Counted from the first letter of the stretch, positions 36,853 to 46,967 are shown. The stretch: 59,243 nucleotides of DNA from Minisyncoccota bacterium (GCA_009694925.1 SIBX01000001.1:1-59243); one strand, 5' to 3'. Notes: a model not told the origin generated them from the letters alone. Program-made: numbers and translations.

Positions 36853-38088
36853 ATGGAGAGAAAATCGTTTTTAAGCATATTAATTATCGCGGTATTTTTT
36901 TCTATATATTTTTTATTTATTAAAAGTGAAAAAACACTAGCTCCGATAGAAATCGAACTCGATAATTCTACTCAGAACAAAAAAGAATTATTAGAAGGTA
37001 AGTTAAGTAATTCCATAAAAATAACAGAACCCAAAAAAGAAATTGACCAAAGTTTAATATTAACAATAAACACCAGCTCAAATCACATAGAAACCCCAGA
37101 AGAAGTTCATGGGCTTTATTTTACCTCCTTATTTTTTAATCAAAAATATTTTTTAGATTTTGTTCGTAATATGAAAACATCTAACAAAATTAATACGTTA
37201 ATAATAGACGTAAAAGATTTAGACGGATTTGTTGCATATGATTCAAAAGTTAAAGAAGTTATAGACTATAAAACTAAAAAAAATATTATTAAGGATATTA
37301 AAAAGAAAATAGAAGATCTTCATAAAGAAGGTTTTTATCTTATAGCCAGAATCAATGTTTTTAATGATCAGGCAGTTGCTCAGTCTCGCCCAGAGCTAAC
37401 TTTAAAATCTAATTCCGGAGAGCCGTGGAAAACAGATAAGGGGGCGTTCTGGTTAAATCCAGACAGCGAAAAAGTTTGGATATATAACACCAATCTGGGA
37501 ATAGAGGCCTATAATTTAGGTTTCGACGAAATTAATTTTGACTATATAAGATTCCCTTCAGAGGGGAACATGGAAGATTTAAATTTAGGAGAAATAACCG
37601 GTTATTCTTCAACTATTCAAAGATTTTCTTCTTTTTTAAGAAATCAATTTAAAAACATAAAAATATCTGCCGATATTTTTGCATACTCCTTAATAGAAAA
37701 AAATAATTTAGGAATCGGACAGAAATATGAAGATTTTTTCCCGTATTTTGATTATATTTGCCCAATGATGTATCCGTCTCATTATAATAAAAATTTTTTA
37801 GGTTTTGAAAATTCTGCGCTTCACCCATATGAAGTTGTAAGATATTCTTTAATAATTGGGAAAAATCGTGCATTAGATTTTTTTAAAAACAATCCAGACA
37901 AAAATCTATCATTTAAAATGAGGCCTTGGTTTCAATCGTTTAGTCTGGGTGATTATTACGATAAAAATATGATTCAAAGCCAAATTACAGCCCTTAATGA
38001 TGAGGTCTCCATAAATAAAGATTTTTGGAACGGATGGTTATTATGGGATGCATCAAATATTTATAGTAATTTTTCTGCTTTAAAATAA
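36853..38088 (+). CDS. Putative glycoside hydrolase (DUF4015-like), membrane anchored
   Basis: IIDVKD..G, YLIARINVFND, GFDEINFDYIRFP, PMMYPSHY, RPWFQ. Confidence 0.8.
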   Translation: MERKSFLSILIIAVFFSIYFLFIKSEKTLAPIEIELDNSTQNKKELLEGKLSNSIKITEPKKEIDQSLILTINTSSNHIETPEEVHGLYFTSLFFNQKYFLDFVRNMKTSNKINTLIIDVKDLDGFVAYDSKVKEVIDYKTKKNIIKDIKKKIEDLHKEGFYLIARINVFNDQAVAQSRPELTLKSNSGEPWKTDKGAFWLNPDSEKVWIYNTNLGIEAYNLGFDEINFDYIRFPSEGNMEDLNLGEITGYSSTIQRFSSFLRNQFKNIKISADIFAYSLIEKNNLGIGQKYEDFFPYFDYICPMMYPSHYNKNFLGFENSALHPYEVVRYSLIIGKNRALDFFKNNPDKNLSFKMRPWFQSFSLGDYYDKNMIQSQITALNDEVSINKDFWNGWLLWDASNIYSNFSALK

Positions 38089-38089
38089 A

Positions 38090-38860
38090 ATGAGTGAATA
38101 TCTAGTAAAATTTAAAAATTTTGAAGGACCGTTATATAAACTTTTAGAATTAATAGAAGAAAAGCATCTGGAGATAACAGAGATGAGTTTAGGGGCCGTG
38201 ACTTCGGATTTTTTAGATTTTTTAAGAAAGTCCGAAACCGGCATGCCGAGCGATATCATTTCAGATTTTTTAGTTATTGCGTCACGATTGATTTTGATAA
38301 AGTCTAAGGAATTAATTCCAGGAGTTGAGCTTAAAAAATCAGAAGATTTTGAAATAAAAGACCTTGAAAATCGCCTCAAGATTTATAGAGAATTTTTATT
38401 ACGCGCAAAAGTAGGCGATTCTCGTCGTCCAGGTGCCGCATATATTTTAAGGGGAGTATTGAGTAGTGGCCTATCTTTCTCTTCAAGGGGATATTTAAGG
38501 GGTGTTTGGAAAAGCCCAATTTTTATCTTTCCTAATAAAATATCTTTAGAAGTTTTAAAAAGAACAGCAGAAAAAGTTTTTATCTTGGAAGATTTTAAAA
38601 TAAAAGACCCCGAAGGGGCTGTGAAAAAGTTAGTTATTAGATTAGAGGAAAAAATAATTGAACTTTTAGATCGTCTTAATAAAAACGGGAAGAATAGCTT
38701 TAATTTATTAACTAAAACTAGGCCAAAAATGGAAATTATAGTTTTATTTTTAGCAGTTTTACATTTAGCTAGAGATAGAAAATTAAAGTTTGAGCAAAAA
38801 GAAAAATTTGGTGATATAATTTTAGAAAAGGAAGAAGAATTAATTTCAAAAGAAGGTTAA
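38090..38860 (+). CDS. scpA: Segregation and condensation protein A
   Basis: FEGPLYKLLELIE, FLVIASRLILIKSKEL, FLAVLHL, EQKEKFGDI. Confidence 0.9.
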   Translation: MSEYLVKFKNFEGPLYKLLELIEEKHLEITEMSLGAVTSDFLDFLRKSETGMPSDIISDFLVIASRLILIKSKELIPGVELKKSEDFEIKDLENRLKIYREFLLRAKVGDSRRPGAAYILRGVLSSGLSFSSRGYLRGVWKSPIFIFPNKISLEVLKRTAEKVFILEDFKIKDPEGAVKKLVIRLEEKIIELLDRLNKNGKNSFNLLTKTRPKMEIIVLFLAVLHLARDRKLKFEQKEKFGDIILEKEEELISKEG

Positions 38861-38868
38861 ATTTTTAA

Positions 38869-39465
38869 ATGGAAACTGAAAACTTAAAAAAAATAAGCCT
38901 GATCAGTAAAATTGAGGGCATACTTTTCGCATATGGGGAGGCGATATCAAAAGATAAATTAATATCCCTGCTTTTTGTAGAAAAAAGCGAATCTCCAGAC
39001 TTAGAATTAGAATTTAATTCAGCCGTAACAGAGTTAAAATTAAAATATGAGTCAGATTCAAATTCTGGTCTTTGTGTTTTAGAGTCAAATAATAAGTTTG
39101 AACTAGTCGCCAAATCAGAATTGGGCCCAATCATTAATTCATTAATAAAAAACGAGATGGAAGGCGATCTTTCGGAAAGTGCATTAGAGGTTCTCTCAAT
39201 TATTGTTTATGGAGGGCCAATAGAAAAACATTTAATAGATTATATTCGAGGAGTAAACTCTTCTCTTGCTATAAAAAATTTAGAAATGCGCGGTCTTGTA
39301 GAAAAAAAGTCTCAAGAAGATAAAAGTATATTTAAATATTTGCCATCAACAGATCTAATTTGTAGATTAGGAGTTTCTAAGCTAGAAGACACTCCCGATC
39401 ATGAACGGTTTAAAAAATTAGTCGAATCGGCCAAGGCAAATTTTTTATCCCAGAATGTTAAATAG
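38869..39465 (+). CDS. scpB: Segregation and condensation protein B
   Basis: IEGILFAYGE, LSESALEVLSIIVY, IDYIRGVNS. Confidence 0.92.
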   Translation: METENLKKISLISKIEGILFAYGEAISKDKLISLLFVEKSESPDLELEFNSAVTELKLKYESDSNSGLCVLESNNKFELVAKSELGPIINSLIKNEMEGDLSESALEVLSIIVYGGPIEKHLIDYIRGVNSSLAIKNLEMRGLVEKKSQEDKSIFKYLPSTDLICRLGVSKLEDTPDHERFKKLVESAKANFLSQNVK

Positions 39466-40516
39466 TAAAACTAAGGTTTTTTCGCTGTGTTTAGTGATTT
39501 TGTCCATTACATTAATTTCTCATTTTTTGATATTCGAAAAATTTAAAAACAAAAACAACGACACCTACAAAGCCAGTCTTATAGATGTGGGTTTATTTGA
39601 GTTTAATAATAAATCATTATTACAAAGCACAAATACAGAAGCATATAAAAAACAGTCTTTTGAAAGTTATAAAAAATCATCAACCTATTTCAAACCAGAA
39701 ACAAAAGAGGCTCCTATAAAAAAAACAAAGCTAGTAAATACTAAAAAAGCTATTTCTGCTCCTAAAGAAGATAGTGACAATCCAATTTTATTAGCTCATT
39801 CAATTTTATTAAAAGATCTAACCTCTGGCGAAATTCTTATGAAAAGAAACGAGCTAGATTCTTGGCCAATGGCTTCCTTAACCAAACTCATGACGGCAAC
39901 TATTGCATTAGAGAACATGGACCTAACTTCTAAAATTTTAATCACTAAAAACTCTGCTGATCAATCTAGTAATCTTCTTTTTAAGGTCGGAGAGTATTAT
40001 TCAGTCATAGATATGATAAAGGCCTCATTAATTCTTTCTAATAACGCATCTGCCTTAGCTTTAGCCGAAGGTTTTGGATATGAAAAATTTATAAACCTTA
40101 TGCAATCTAAAGCAAATTTTTTAGGCATGAAAAATTCAAAGTTTTTTGAACCAACCGGTCTTTCTCCATTAAATAAATCTACCGCATTAGATTTTGAAAT
40201 CTTGGCTAAATACATTTATACAAATCATAAAGAAATTTTAGACATAACTACCGAGAAAATATCCTCAATAAAAGAAATAACTTCTGGGTCAGACAAGGTT
40301 CTCAATAGCACTAATATATTTGCAGGAGAAAATTATTTTATAGGAGGCAAAACTGGATATACCTTAGAGGCTCAGGGTAATTTATTTTCAATATTTAAGG
40401 CTGGAAATAAAGTCTTATTAAGTATAGTATTAGGCTCAAAATCTAAATTTGAAGATACTCAAAAGATATATATTTTAAGTCTAAGAAAGCTATTGGGCCT
40501 TTCGGCTTCAAAATAG
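39455..40516 (+). CDS. D-alanyl-D-alanine carboxypeptidase (S11)
   Basis: ASLTKLMT (SxxK), SNN, GGKTGYT. Confidence 0.9.
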   Translation: MLNSKTKVFSLCLVILSITLISHFLIFEKFKNKNNDTYKASLIDVGLFEFNNKSLLQSTNTEAYKKQSFESYKKSSTYFKPETKEAPIKKTKLVNTKKAISAPKEDSDNPILLAHSILLKDLTSGEILMKRNELDSWPMASLTKLMTATIALENMDLTSKILITKNSADQSSNLLFKVGEYYSVIDMIKASLILSNNASALALAEGFGYEKFINLMQSKANFLGMKNSKFFEPTGLSPLNKSTALDFEILAKYIYTNHKEILDITTEKISSIKEITSGSDKVLNSTNIFAGENYFIGGKTGYTLEAQGNLFSIFKAGNKVLLSIVLGSKSKFEDTQKIYILSLRKLLGLSASK

Positions 40517-40531
40517 GTTTTATTTAAAAAA

Positions 40532-41572
40532 ATGATCACCCTGCAGGTTGTTAAAGTTTTAATAGTTTCCATCATATCCTTTCTTTTTGCTTTTATTTTT
40601 GCGCCATTCGTTTATAAAACACTTGTAAATATAAAGGCCGGAAAAAGAATTCGCTCCAAAGAAGAGGCGCCAATTATGTCCGCCTTGCACGAAAAAAAAG
40701 CCGGCGTTCCAACAATGGCAGGTGTTTTGATTTGGGGAACAGTAACTATCATTGCAATTTTCCTTTCAATTATGAATGCCTTGTTTGACGGGTTTTGGGG
40801 ATATATGAATTTTATAAGTCGACCAGAAACATACCTGCCTCTAGCCGCAATGATTATTGCTGGTCTTTTGGGATTGCTAGACGATTTTATAGGCGTCTTT
40901 AAGATTAAAAATTCTAGTGGTCTAAAAATAAAACATAAATTAATTGCCTATTTATTTTTGGGAGTTATAGGCGCCTCTTGGTTTTATTTTAAGTTAGGAT
41001 GGGATACTTTAATGATTCCATTTATAGGAAACATAGCGGTCGGCTGGCTTTATATTCCAATTTTTATATTTGTGATTATTGCTAGCACTTTTTCTGCCAA
41101 CGAAACAGATGGCCTAGACGGCCTTTTAGGGGGAACATCGCTTTTTAGTTATATTGCTTTAACCATAGTAGCTTTCGTGCTTGAAAAATATAATTTAGCC
41201 GCCTTTGGTGGGGCGATGATAGGTTCTTTGTTGGCTTTTCTCTGGTTTAATATTCACCCTGCTAAATTCATAATGGGCGACACCGGATCAATGCCTATTG
41301 GAATGACTCTAGGGGTTATAGCGATGCTCACAAACACAACCTTAATTCTGCCATTTTTTGCATTTATCTTTGTCTTAGAATCAGCTTCGGTTATAATTCA
41401 GGTTGCGAGTAAAAAGTTTAGAGGCAAAAAAGTTTTTCTTTCTGCTCCGATTCATCATCACTTCGAAGCCTTAGGTTGGGGAGAAGCAAGAGTTACAATG
41501 AGGTTTTGGATAATTTCTGCCATGACTTCAACCATTGGATTAATAATCTTCTTTTTAAATCGTTATCTATAA
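40532..41572 (+). CDS. mraY: Phospho-N-acetylmuramoyl-pentapeptide transferase
   Basis: PTMAG, LLDD, NETDGLDGL, MGDTGS, APIHHHFE. Confidence 0.95.
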   Translation: MITLQVVKVLIVSIISFLFAFIFAPFVYKTLVNIKAGKRIRSKEEAPIMSALHEKKAGVPTMAGVLIWGTVTIIAIFLSIMNALFDGFWGYMNFISRPETYLPLAAMIIAGLLGLLDDFIGVFKIKNSSGLKIKHKLIAYLFLGVIGASWFYFKLGWDTLMIPFIGNIAVGWLYIPIFIFVIIASTFSANETDGLDGLLGGTSLFSYIALTIVAFVLEKYNLAAFGGAMIGSLLAFLWFNIHPAKFIMGDTGSMPIGMTLGVIAMLTNTTLILPFFAFIFVLESASVIIQVASKKFRGKKVFLSAPIHHHFEALGWGEARVTMRFWIISAMTSTIGLIIFFLNRYL

Positions 41573-41581
41573 AATAAAATT

Positions 41582-42457
41582 ATGAATTTTTTCAAACAAA
41601 TTAAGTCTTCTATCTACGATCCTAAATTTTATAAAGACCTAGAGGGTGAAACTGTTTTTTCTTCGATTAAATATTTTTTTAAACTATCATTTTTTTTAGC
41701 GCTAATTTTTACGATTATCAGCGGTCTTTTTAATTTATCTTTTTTTTCAGATACTAAAAAACTCATTAATGACAGTTTTTCCAGTATTCCAGAGGATCTT
41801 GAAATAAATATATATAGTGATAAAGGATTAATTGAATCAAACAAAAAAGAGCCATATTTTTTAAACGAAACCGCAATCATTAATAATAATGAAAATATTA
41901 AAAAATTAAATTCATCTCATATCTTAACCGTTGATACTAATCAAAACTTATCTGTTGATGCCTTAGATAAATATAATTCCATTATTTCCGTATTTAAAGA
42001 TTCTATTGCCTTTCATAATTCAGAAGATGGTGATATAAGAATTTATAAGGCAAAAGATTTACCAGACTTAAAAATTTCAAAAGACGAAGTACATAAGTGG
42101 AGAGATACGTTTTTAAGATTTTGGCCACTTATAGCAGTGCTAATTAATTTAATAATGTTTTTTATTTTGATTATTTATTCCATAAAATATTTATTAGGGG
42201 CATTGGTTCTAGGGTTGGTTATATTTTTACTTTTGAAATTTGAAAAGAAAGATATTTCTTTTAAGTATTCTTTTAAAATTAGCCTTCATTTATTAACAAT
42301 ATTAATTATTTTAGATGCCCTTATGAACTCCTTTACTAACTATGGCTTCAGTTTCTCAAATGGATATTTTTCTACTGCAATTTTAGCCTTAATTATTTTT
42401 TTAAATCTTAAAAATTTCAAAAAAGAAGATAAAATAGATACGGGATTGCCTCTATAG
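41582..42457 (+). CDS. Membrane protein (DUF1189-like)
   Basis: SI..P.FY...SIKYFF N-terminus, one TM, soluble loop, several C-terminal TMs. Confidence 0.6.
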   Translation: MNFFKQIKSSIYDPKFYKDLEGETVFSSIKYFFKLSFFLALIFTIISGLFNLSFFSDTKKLINDSFSSIPEDLEINIYSDKGLIESNKKEPYFLNETAIINNNENIKKLNSSHILTVDTNQNLSVDALDKYNSIISVFKDSIAFHNSEDGDIRIYKAKDLPDLKISKDEVHKWRDTFLRFWPLIAVLINLIMFFILIIYSIKYLLGALVLGLVIFLLLKFEKKDISFKYSFKISLHLLTILIILDALMNSFTNYGFSFSNGYFSTAILALIIFLNLKNFKKEDKIDTGLPL

Positions 42458-42554
42458 CGTCGTCTTGTTTTTGATAGTCAAATTACCCAATTTTGACATT
42501 AGGGTGCATTTTATTTTTTTGTTATAATTAATAAAATCATCTCTAGATAAAAAG

Positions 42555-44045
42555 ATGCTTCTAATTAAAAACGCAAAAATTATAGATGGAACCGGAGGCC
42601 TGCCTTTTTTGGGCGATGTTTTAGTTCGCGATGGCTTAATCTCTGAAATAGGAAATTTAAAAAATAGAAAAATAGAACACGTTTTAGATGTTAATGGTCA
42701 ATATTTAATTCCTGGGATTATAGATATAAATACATCCTCAGATCATTATTTTACCCTTTTTAGTGATAAGGATCAGGAAAGTTTTTTAAGCCAAGGAGTT
42801 ACAACAATTATAGGCGGACATTGCGGGGTTTCTTTGGCCCCTTCTTACTCTGGAGAATTTTATGGCATGGAAAATTGGTCAATTCCACATGGCCATAACG
42901 TAAACTGGCACGGGATCGATGGTTTATTAAAAACCATCGAAAAGAATGGCTTAGGTGTAAATTTTGGAACTTTTATTGGCTATAATTCTGTTAGGGGAAA
43001 TATTTTGGGTGATCAAAAAAGAGACTTAACAATAAATGAAATTAAGGTCGCTAAAAAAATAATAACTTCAGGTCTAGAAGAAGGTGCTATTGGAATTTCT
43101 CTTGGGTTAGGATTTATAGACGGCAAATCCATAAGTCACAAAGAGATAGTCGAAGCACTGGAACCGGTTAAAAAAATGGACAGAATATTCTCAGTTCATT
43201 TAAAAAATTACAAAGAAAACTTAGAAAGATCTATTTCAGATATTTTAAACATATCTGAAAGTACCGGAGTAACAACTCTCATTAGTCACCTCAATCCAAT
43301 AATTGGATTTGAAAAATCTTTTGGAAACGCGATTGGTTCTTTGTCTAAAAAATCAAATAATAAAATTTATTTTGATTCTTACGCTTCAGAATGGTCTCTT
43401 CTCCCGATTCAATTCATGCTTCCGGATTGGGTTAAATTTGGAAAAGTTGAAGATATTTTAAATAAAATAAAAGAAAAAAATTCTCGAGAGAAAATAATCT
43501 CAGAAATAGAATATTTTAATCCGCAAAACATTCAAATAGCTCATTCCAAAATACTTCCTCATCTTGAAGGTAAAACAATTGAAGATTATTCAACTAATCG
43601 TGGGATATCTGCTAAGGAGGCAATTTTGGAATTATTAGAAAAATCAAAATTTCAAATGTCTATTTTTATAAAAAATATAAACCACGATTATGCATTGATG
43701 AATTTGTTAGAAAACAACGCCGTTTTATCTTCTAATGCGCCAGGGTTCAATTTTGAAAAATCAGGATTAAATCACGAAAGAAATTTAAATATTTTTTCAA
43801 ACTTCTTTAAGTTTTCTGAAAATTCTAAAAAAATAACCATAGAAAGTGCCGTACGCAAGACAACTAGCTTGCCGGCTTCCATTTTGGGCATAAAAAACAG
43901 GGGAGTAATCGCTAAAAATTTTATAGCCGATATAGCAATATTGGATAAAAATTGGAAAGCAAGAGAGGTTTTTATAAAAGGCAAAAAAGTTTTTTCAGAA
44001 GGAAAATCTCTTAATAAATTAGGCGGGAAAATATTAAAAAAATAA
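42555..44045 (+). CDS. N-acyl-D-amino-acid deacylase-like amidohydrolase with degenerate metal site
   Basis: IIDGTG, PGIID, QGVTTIIGGHCGVS, K.TSLPA...RG.I....ADI; DINTSSD in place of DxHxHxD. Confidence 0.8.
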   Translation: MLLIKNAKIIDGTGGLPFLGDVLVRDGLISEIGNLKNRKIEHVLDVNGQYLIPGIIDINTSSDHYFTLFSDKDQESFLSQGVTTIIGGHCGVSLAPSYSGEFYGMENWSIPHGHNVNWHGIDGLLKTIEKNGLGVNFGTFIGYNSVRGNILGDQKRDLTINEIKVAKKIITSGLEEGAIGISLGLGFIDGKSISHKEIVEALEPVKKMDRIFSVHLKNYKENLERSISDILNISESTGVTTLISHLNPIIGFEKSFGNAIGSLSKKSNNKIYFDSYASEWSLLPIQFMLPDWVKFGKVEDILNKIKEKNSREKIISEIEYFNPQNIQIAHSKILPHLEGKTIEDYSTNRGISAKEAILELLEKSKFQMSIFIKNINHDYALMNLLENNAVLSSNAPGFNFEKSGLNHERNLNIFSNFFKFSENSKKITIESAVRKTTSLPASILGIKNRGVIAKNFIADIAILDKNWKAREVFIKGKKVFSEGKSLNKLGGKILKK

Positions 44046-44046
44046 A

Positions 44047-45171
44047 ATGACGCCAATTTCTAATAAAAAAAAATACAATTGGCCAGACATGTTTTTTGTA
44101 ACAACTTTTTTTATATTGGTCTTTTGGGGATTAGTTATTTTAGGTAGCGCATCGTCAAATTTTTCTAATTTAAAGTTTGGCGATAGTTTTTATATGCTCA
44201 AAAAACAAATAATGTACGGCTTCTTAATAGGCCTTCTTGGTTTTTTTATAGCCTTAAAAATACCATATAAAAGTTATAAAAACATAGCACCACTTCTTCT
44301 TGCTGGGTCAATAATAATTTTATCTCTAGTTTTTACACCGCTTGGAGTAACTATAAAAGGCTCTGCGCGATGGGTAAGCTTGAAATTATTTTCATTTCAG
44401 CCATCAGAGGTCGCAAAGTTTCTTTCTATCATATATTTTGCTTATTGGTTTAGTAAAAAAAATATCAGGGAGGCGAATCTCAGGGATGCTTTACCGTTTT
44501 TTGTTATTTTAGGAATAATTCTAACTCTTTTATTTTTTGAGCCAGCTACAAGCGTTGCAATTGTAATTTTTTTATCATCTTGTGCGATTTATTTTTTTGC
44601 TGGTGCAAAAATGAGGCATATGGGTATATTATCCGTATGTATTTTAGCGGTGGTAGCAGGAATTATTTACGCAACGCCATATAGACTTTCAAGAATTCAA
44701 GGTTTTTTTAATAGCGCAGAATTTTCTAAGACCAGTGGTTTTCATATAGGCCAAGCAATGATAGCCATTGGATCTGGTAGATTAACCGGAGTAGGCTTTG
44801 GTCAATCAACCACCAAGCTAAGATTTCTACCGGAGCCATACGGTGATTCAATTTTTGCCGTATTAAGCGAGGAGTTTGGTTTTTTTGGTTCAATATTCAC
44901 AATCTTGCTTTTTGGGCTTTTAATCTTAAGGATTTTTATCCTAGCTAAAAAAATTCCGGACAAGTTCGGTTCATATTTATTAATTGGTTTTGGATCAATG
45001 ATAGGAATTCAAGCATTTATAAACATCGCAGCAATTTCAGGGCTCATTCCCTTAACTGGAATGCCGTTGCCGTTTATAAGTTACGGAGGAACCGCCTTAG
45101 CAGTTTTTATGACTATTTCTGGAATAATAGCCAACGTCTCAAAATATGCGCAAATAAGTTATAATGATTAA
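44047..45171 (+). CDS. ftsW: SEDS peptidoglycan polymerase FtsW
   Basis: KGSARW, FQPSEVAK, LPEPYGDSIFAVLSEEFG, PLTGMPLPFISYGG; directly before murG. Confidence 0.9.
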   Translation: MTPISNKKKYNWPDMFFVTTFFILVFWGLVILGSASSNFSNLKFGDSFYMLKKQIMYGFLIGLLGFFIALKIPYKSYKNIAPLLLAGSIIILSLVFTPLGVTIKGSARWVSLKLFSFQPSEVAKFLSIIYFAYWFSKKNIREANLRDALPFFVILGIILTLLFFEPATSVAIVIFLSSCAIYFFAGAKMRHMGILSVCILAVVAGIIYATPYRLSRIQGFFNSAEFSKTSGFHIGQAMIAIGSGRLTGVGFGQSTTKLRFLPEPYGDSIFAVLSEEFGFFGSIFTILLFGLLILRIFILAKKIPDKFGSYLLIGFGSMIGIQAFINIAAISGLIPLTGMPLPFISYGGTALAVFMTISGIIANVSKYAQISYND

Positions 45172-45173
45172 AA

Positions 45174-46307
45174 ATGTCTAAGATTAGAATAATTTTGACT
45201 GGAGGTGGAAGCGGAGGGCACATGATGCCTCTTTTGGCCGTCGGTGAAGAGGTTTGGAAATATGCAGACGAACAAAAGAAAGAAGTAAAAATGAAATATT
45301 TTGGCGATCCATTAGGATATAGGGATGAATTTTTGATTCGCCGTATTCCAATTTCAAAAATAGCCTCCGCCAAAATAAGAAGGTATTTTGATTTAAGAAA
45401 TCTACTAGATATATTTAAGTTCTTTTTTAGTTTGTTTCAATCTTTTTGGAAAGTTTACTTATTTATGCCCAATGTCTGTTTTTCGAAGGGTGGCCCAGGA
45501 GCTATTTCGGTTATTCTAGCGTGTAGATTCTATAGGATTCCCGTGATTATTCATGAATCTGATTCCATTCCAAGTATGACAACAAAAATATCTTGTGGTT
45601 TTGCTAAGTCAATAGAAGTAGCCTTTTCCTCTATTAAAGATTATTTCCCCGGATGGAATAATATTAAAATTGTCGGCAATCCCGTAAGAAAAATAATTAC
45701 TCGCATAATAGGTGCAAGAGAAGCTAAGCAATTTTTTGGATTCAATCCAGACCTTCCAGTTATATTTTTTGCTGGTGGCTCTCAAGGATCAAACCATATA
45801 AATGACTTTGTTTTAGTAAACCTGAAAAAGTTTTTACAAAAATATCAAATTCTTCATCAAGTTGGAGTTGAAAATATAAATAGCTATAAAGCCGAATACG
45901 AGGTTATGTCGAGAGACTTGCTTCCAGAATTAAAATCAAAATATAAATTCTTTGCTTTTTTTAAAAGCGAAATAGCAGAAAGCTATCAATGTGCCGATGT
46001 TTTCGTCGGTCGCGCTGGAGCAGGACAAATTTTTGAAATAGCCTCTCTAAAAATTCCTAGTATTTTAATTCCTCTCCCTGATTCGGCCAATAATCATCAA
46101 TTCGAAAATGCCATTAAGTACGAAGAATCAGGAGCTTCTCTTACCATAGAACAAGACAATTTAATTCCAGAAGTCTTAATTAACGAAGTTGATAGTATTT
46201 TAAGTAATCCACTAAAAATGAAGCAAATGGAAGATTCTGCCGAAAAATTCTATATTCCAAACTCCGCCAGACTAATAGTTGAAGATATTTTTAGTTTAAT
46301 TAAATAA
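45174..46307 (+). CDS. murG: Undecaprenyl-PP-MurNAc-pentapeptide GlcNAc transferase
   Basis: TGGGSGGH, KGG, IHESD, GNPVR, GGSQGS, GRAGA, HQFENA. Confidence 0.95.
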   Translation: MSKIRIILTGGGSGGHMMPLLAVGEEVWKYADEQKKEVKMKYFGDPLGYRDEFLIRRIPISKIASAKIRRYFDLRNLLDIFKFFFSLFQSFWKVYLFMPNVCFSKGGPGAISVILACRFYRIPVIIHESDSIPSMTTKISCGFAKSIEVAFSSIKDYFPGWNNIKIVGNPVRKIITRIIGAREAKQFFGFNPDLPVIFFAGGSQGSNHINDFVLVNLKKFLQKYQILHQVGVENINSYKAEYEVMSRDLLPELKSKYKFFAFFKSEIAESYQCADVFVGRAGAGQIFEIASLKIPSILIPLPDSANNHQFENAIKYEESGASLTIEQDNLIPEVLINEVDSILSNPLKMKQMEDSAEKFYIPNSARLIVEDIFSLIK

Positions 46308-46309
46308 AG

Positions 46310-46375
46310 CCCGTAGTAAGAATTCGGCAAATAAAAATTACTCGCCAAAGGCGAGTAATTGAATTTCACTGCGGG
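46310..46375. repeat. REP-like palindrome, copy 2
   Basis: CCCGTAGTAAGAATTC...GAATTTCACTGCGGG with inner AATTACTCGCC/GGCGAGTAATT hairpin. Confidence 0.6.
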
Positions 46376-46377
46376 AT

Positions 46378-46828
46378 AAAAAAACGGCTCCGAGAGAAGT
46401 GCATGCGACTGTGTCGCAATTACAACCCCCGGAGCCTTACTCGACAACCCTTTCTTCACCTATTGGGGATTCCTATCAGCCTGGTTCGAAACCCTAGCTG
46501 ATCTGATGCCGCCATTGCCCAAAAACGCGGGCGTTCGGTGAACAGGTACGAGAGACTGCTGATCTCAGCCAATTCTCGACGAGCGGGTTATGAGAGCGGG
46601 GATGGTGGCTTGGTTTCAGCCAAGCCGGGGTCCTTTTCCTCAAACGTGACAACCCCCCACTAAGTCGAGAAAAACCGATCGCAATCTCTGTGTCCCTTTC
46701 TGGAGTTGTTTACCCCATAGGAGAAACCTGAGCCAGGCTTGCTTTTTACGAACAGATACACTGGCTTTCTCTGTTCGTTACCGCACTTTTACTCTAGTTG
46801 AGATCACGGCAACTCTCAACCATTACTC
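46378..46828 (-). ncRNA. Candidate large structured ncRNA (about 450 nt)
   Basis: TTGACA-17-TATACT promoter at 46833-46861; many hairpins; terminator with T-run; no ORF of 60 aa or more. Confidence 0.5.
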
Positions 46829-46900
46829 TTCCAGTATAGCATACCTAATTTTTATTGTCAATAGATATTGTGGAAAACTGCTAAAAACCCAATGAAATAA

Positions 46901-46967
46901 ACCCAGTAGTAGAAATTAGACAGTTGACTCTGTCGCCCTGCGACAAGTCTAATTTTCACTACTGGGT
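46901..46967. repeat. REP-like palindrome, copy 3
   Basis: ACCCAGTAGTAGAAATTAGAC...GTCTAATTTTCACTACTGGGT; reverse complement aligns with copy 1. Confidence 0.7.

Noticed and set aside
20075..46689. 13-nt reverse-complement match AGAGATTGCGATC between two ncRNA-like islets
   Set aside because: About one such match is expected by chance over several kb of islet sequence, and it does not extend
28865..46967. ATTTCTACT in the palindromes resembles the Cas12a repeat handle
   Set aside because: No repeat-spacer array and no cas genes; the motif is part of a longer palindrome arm
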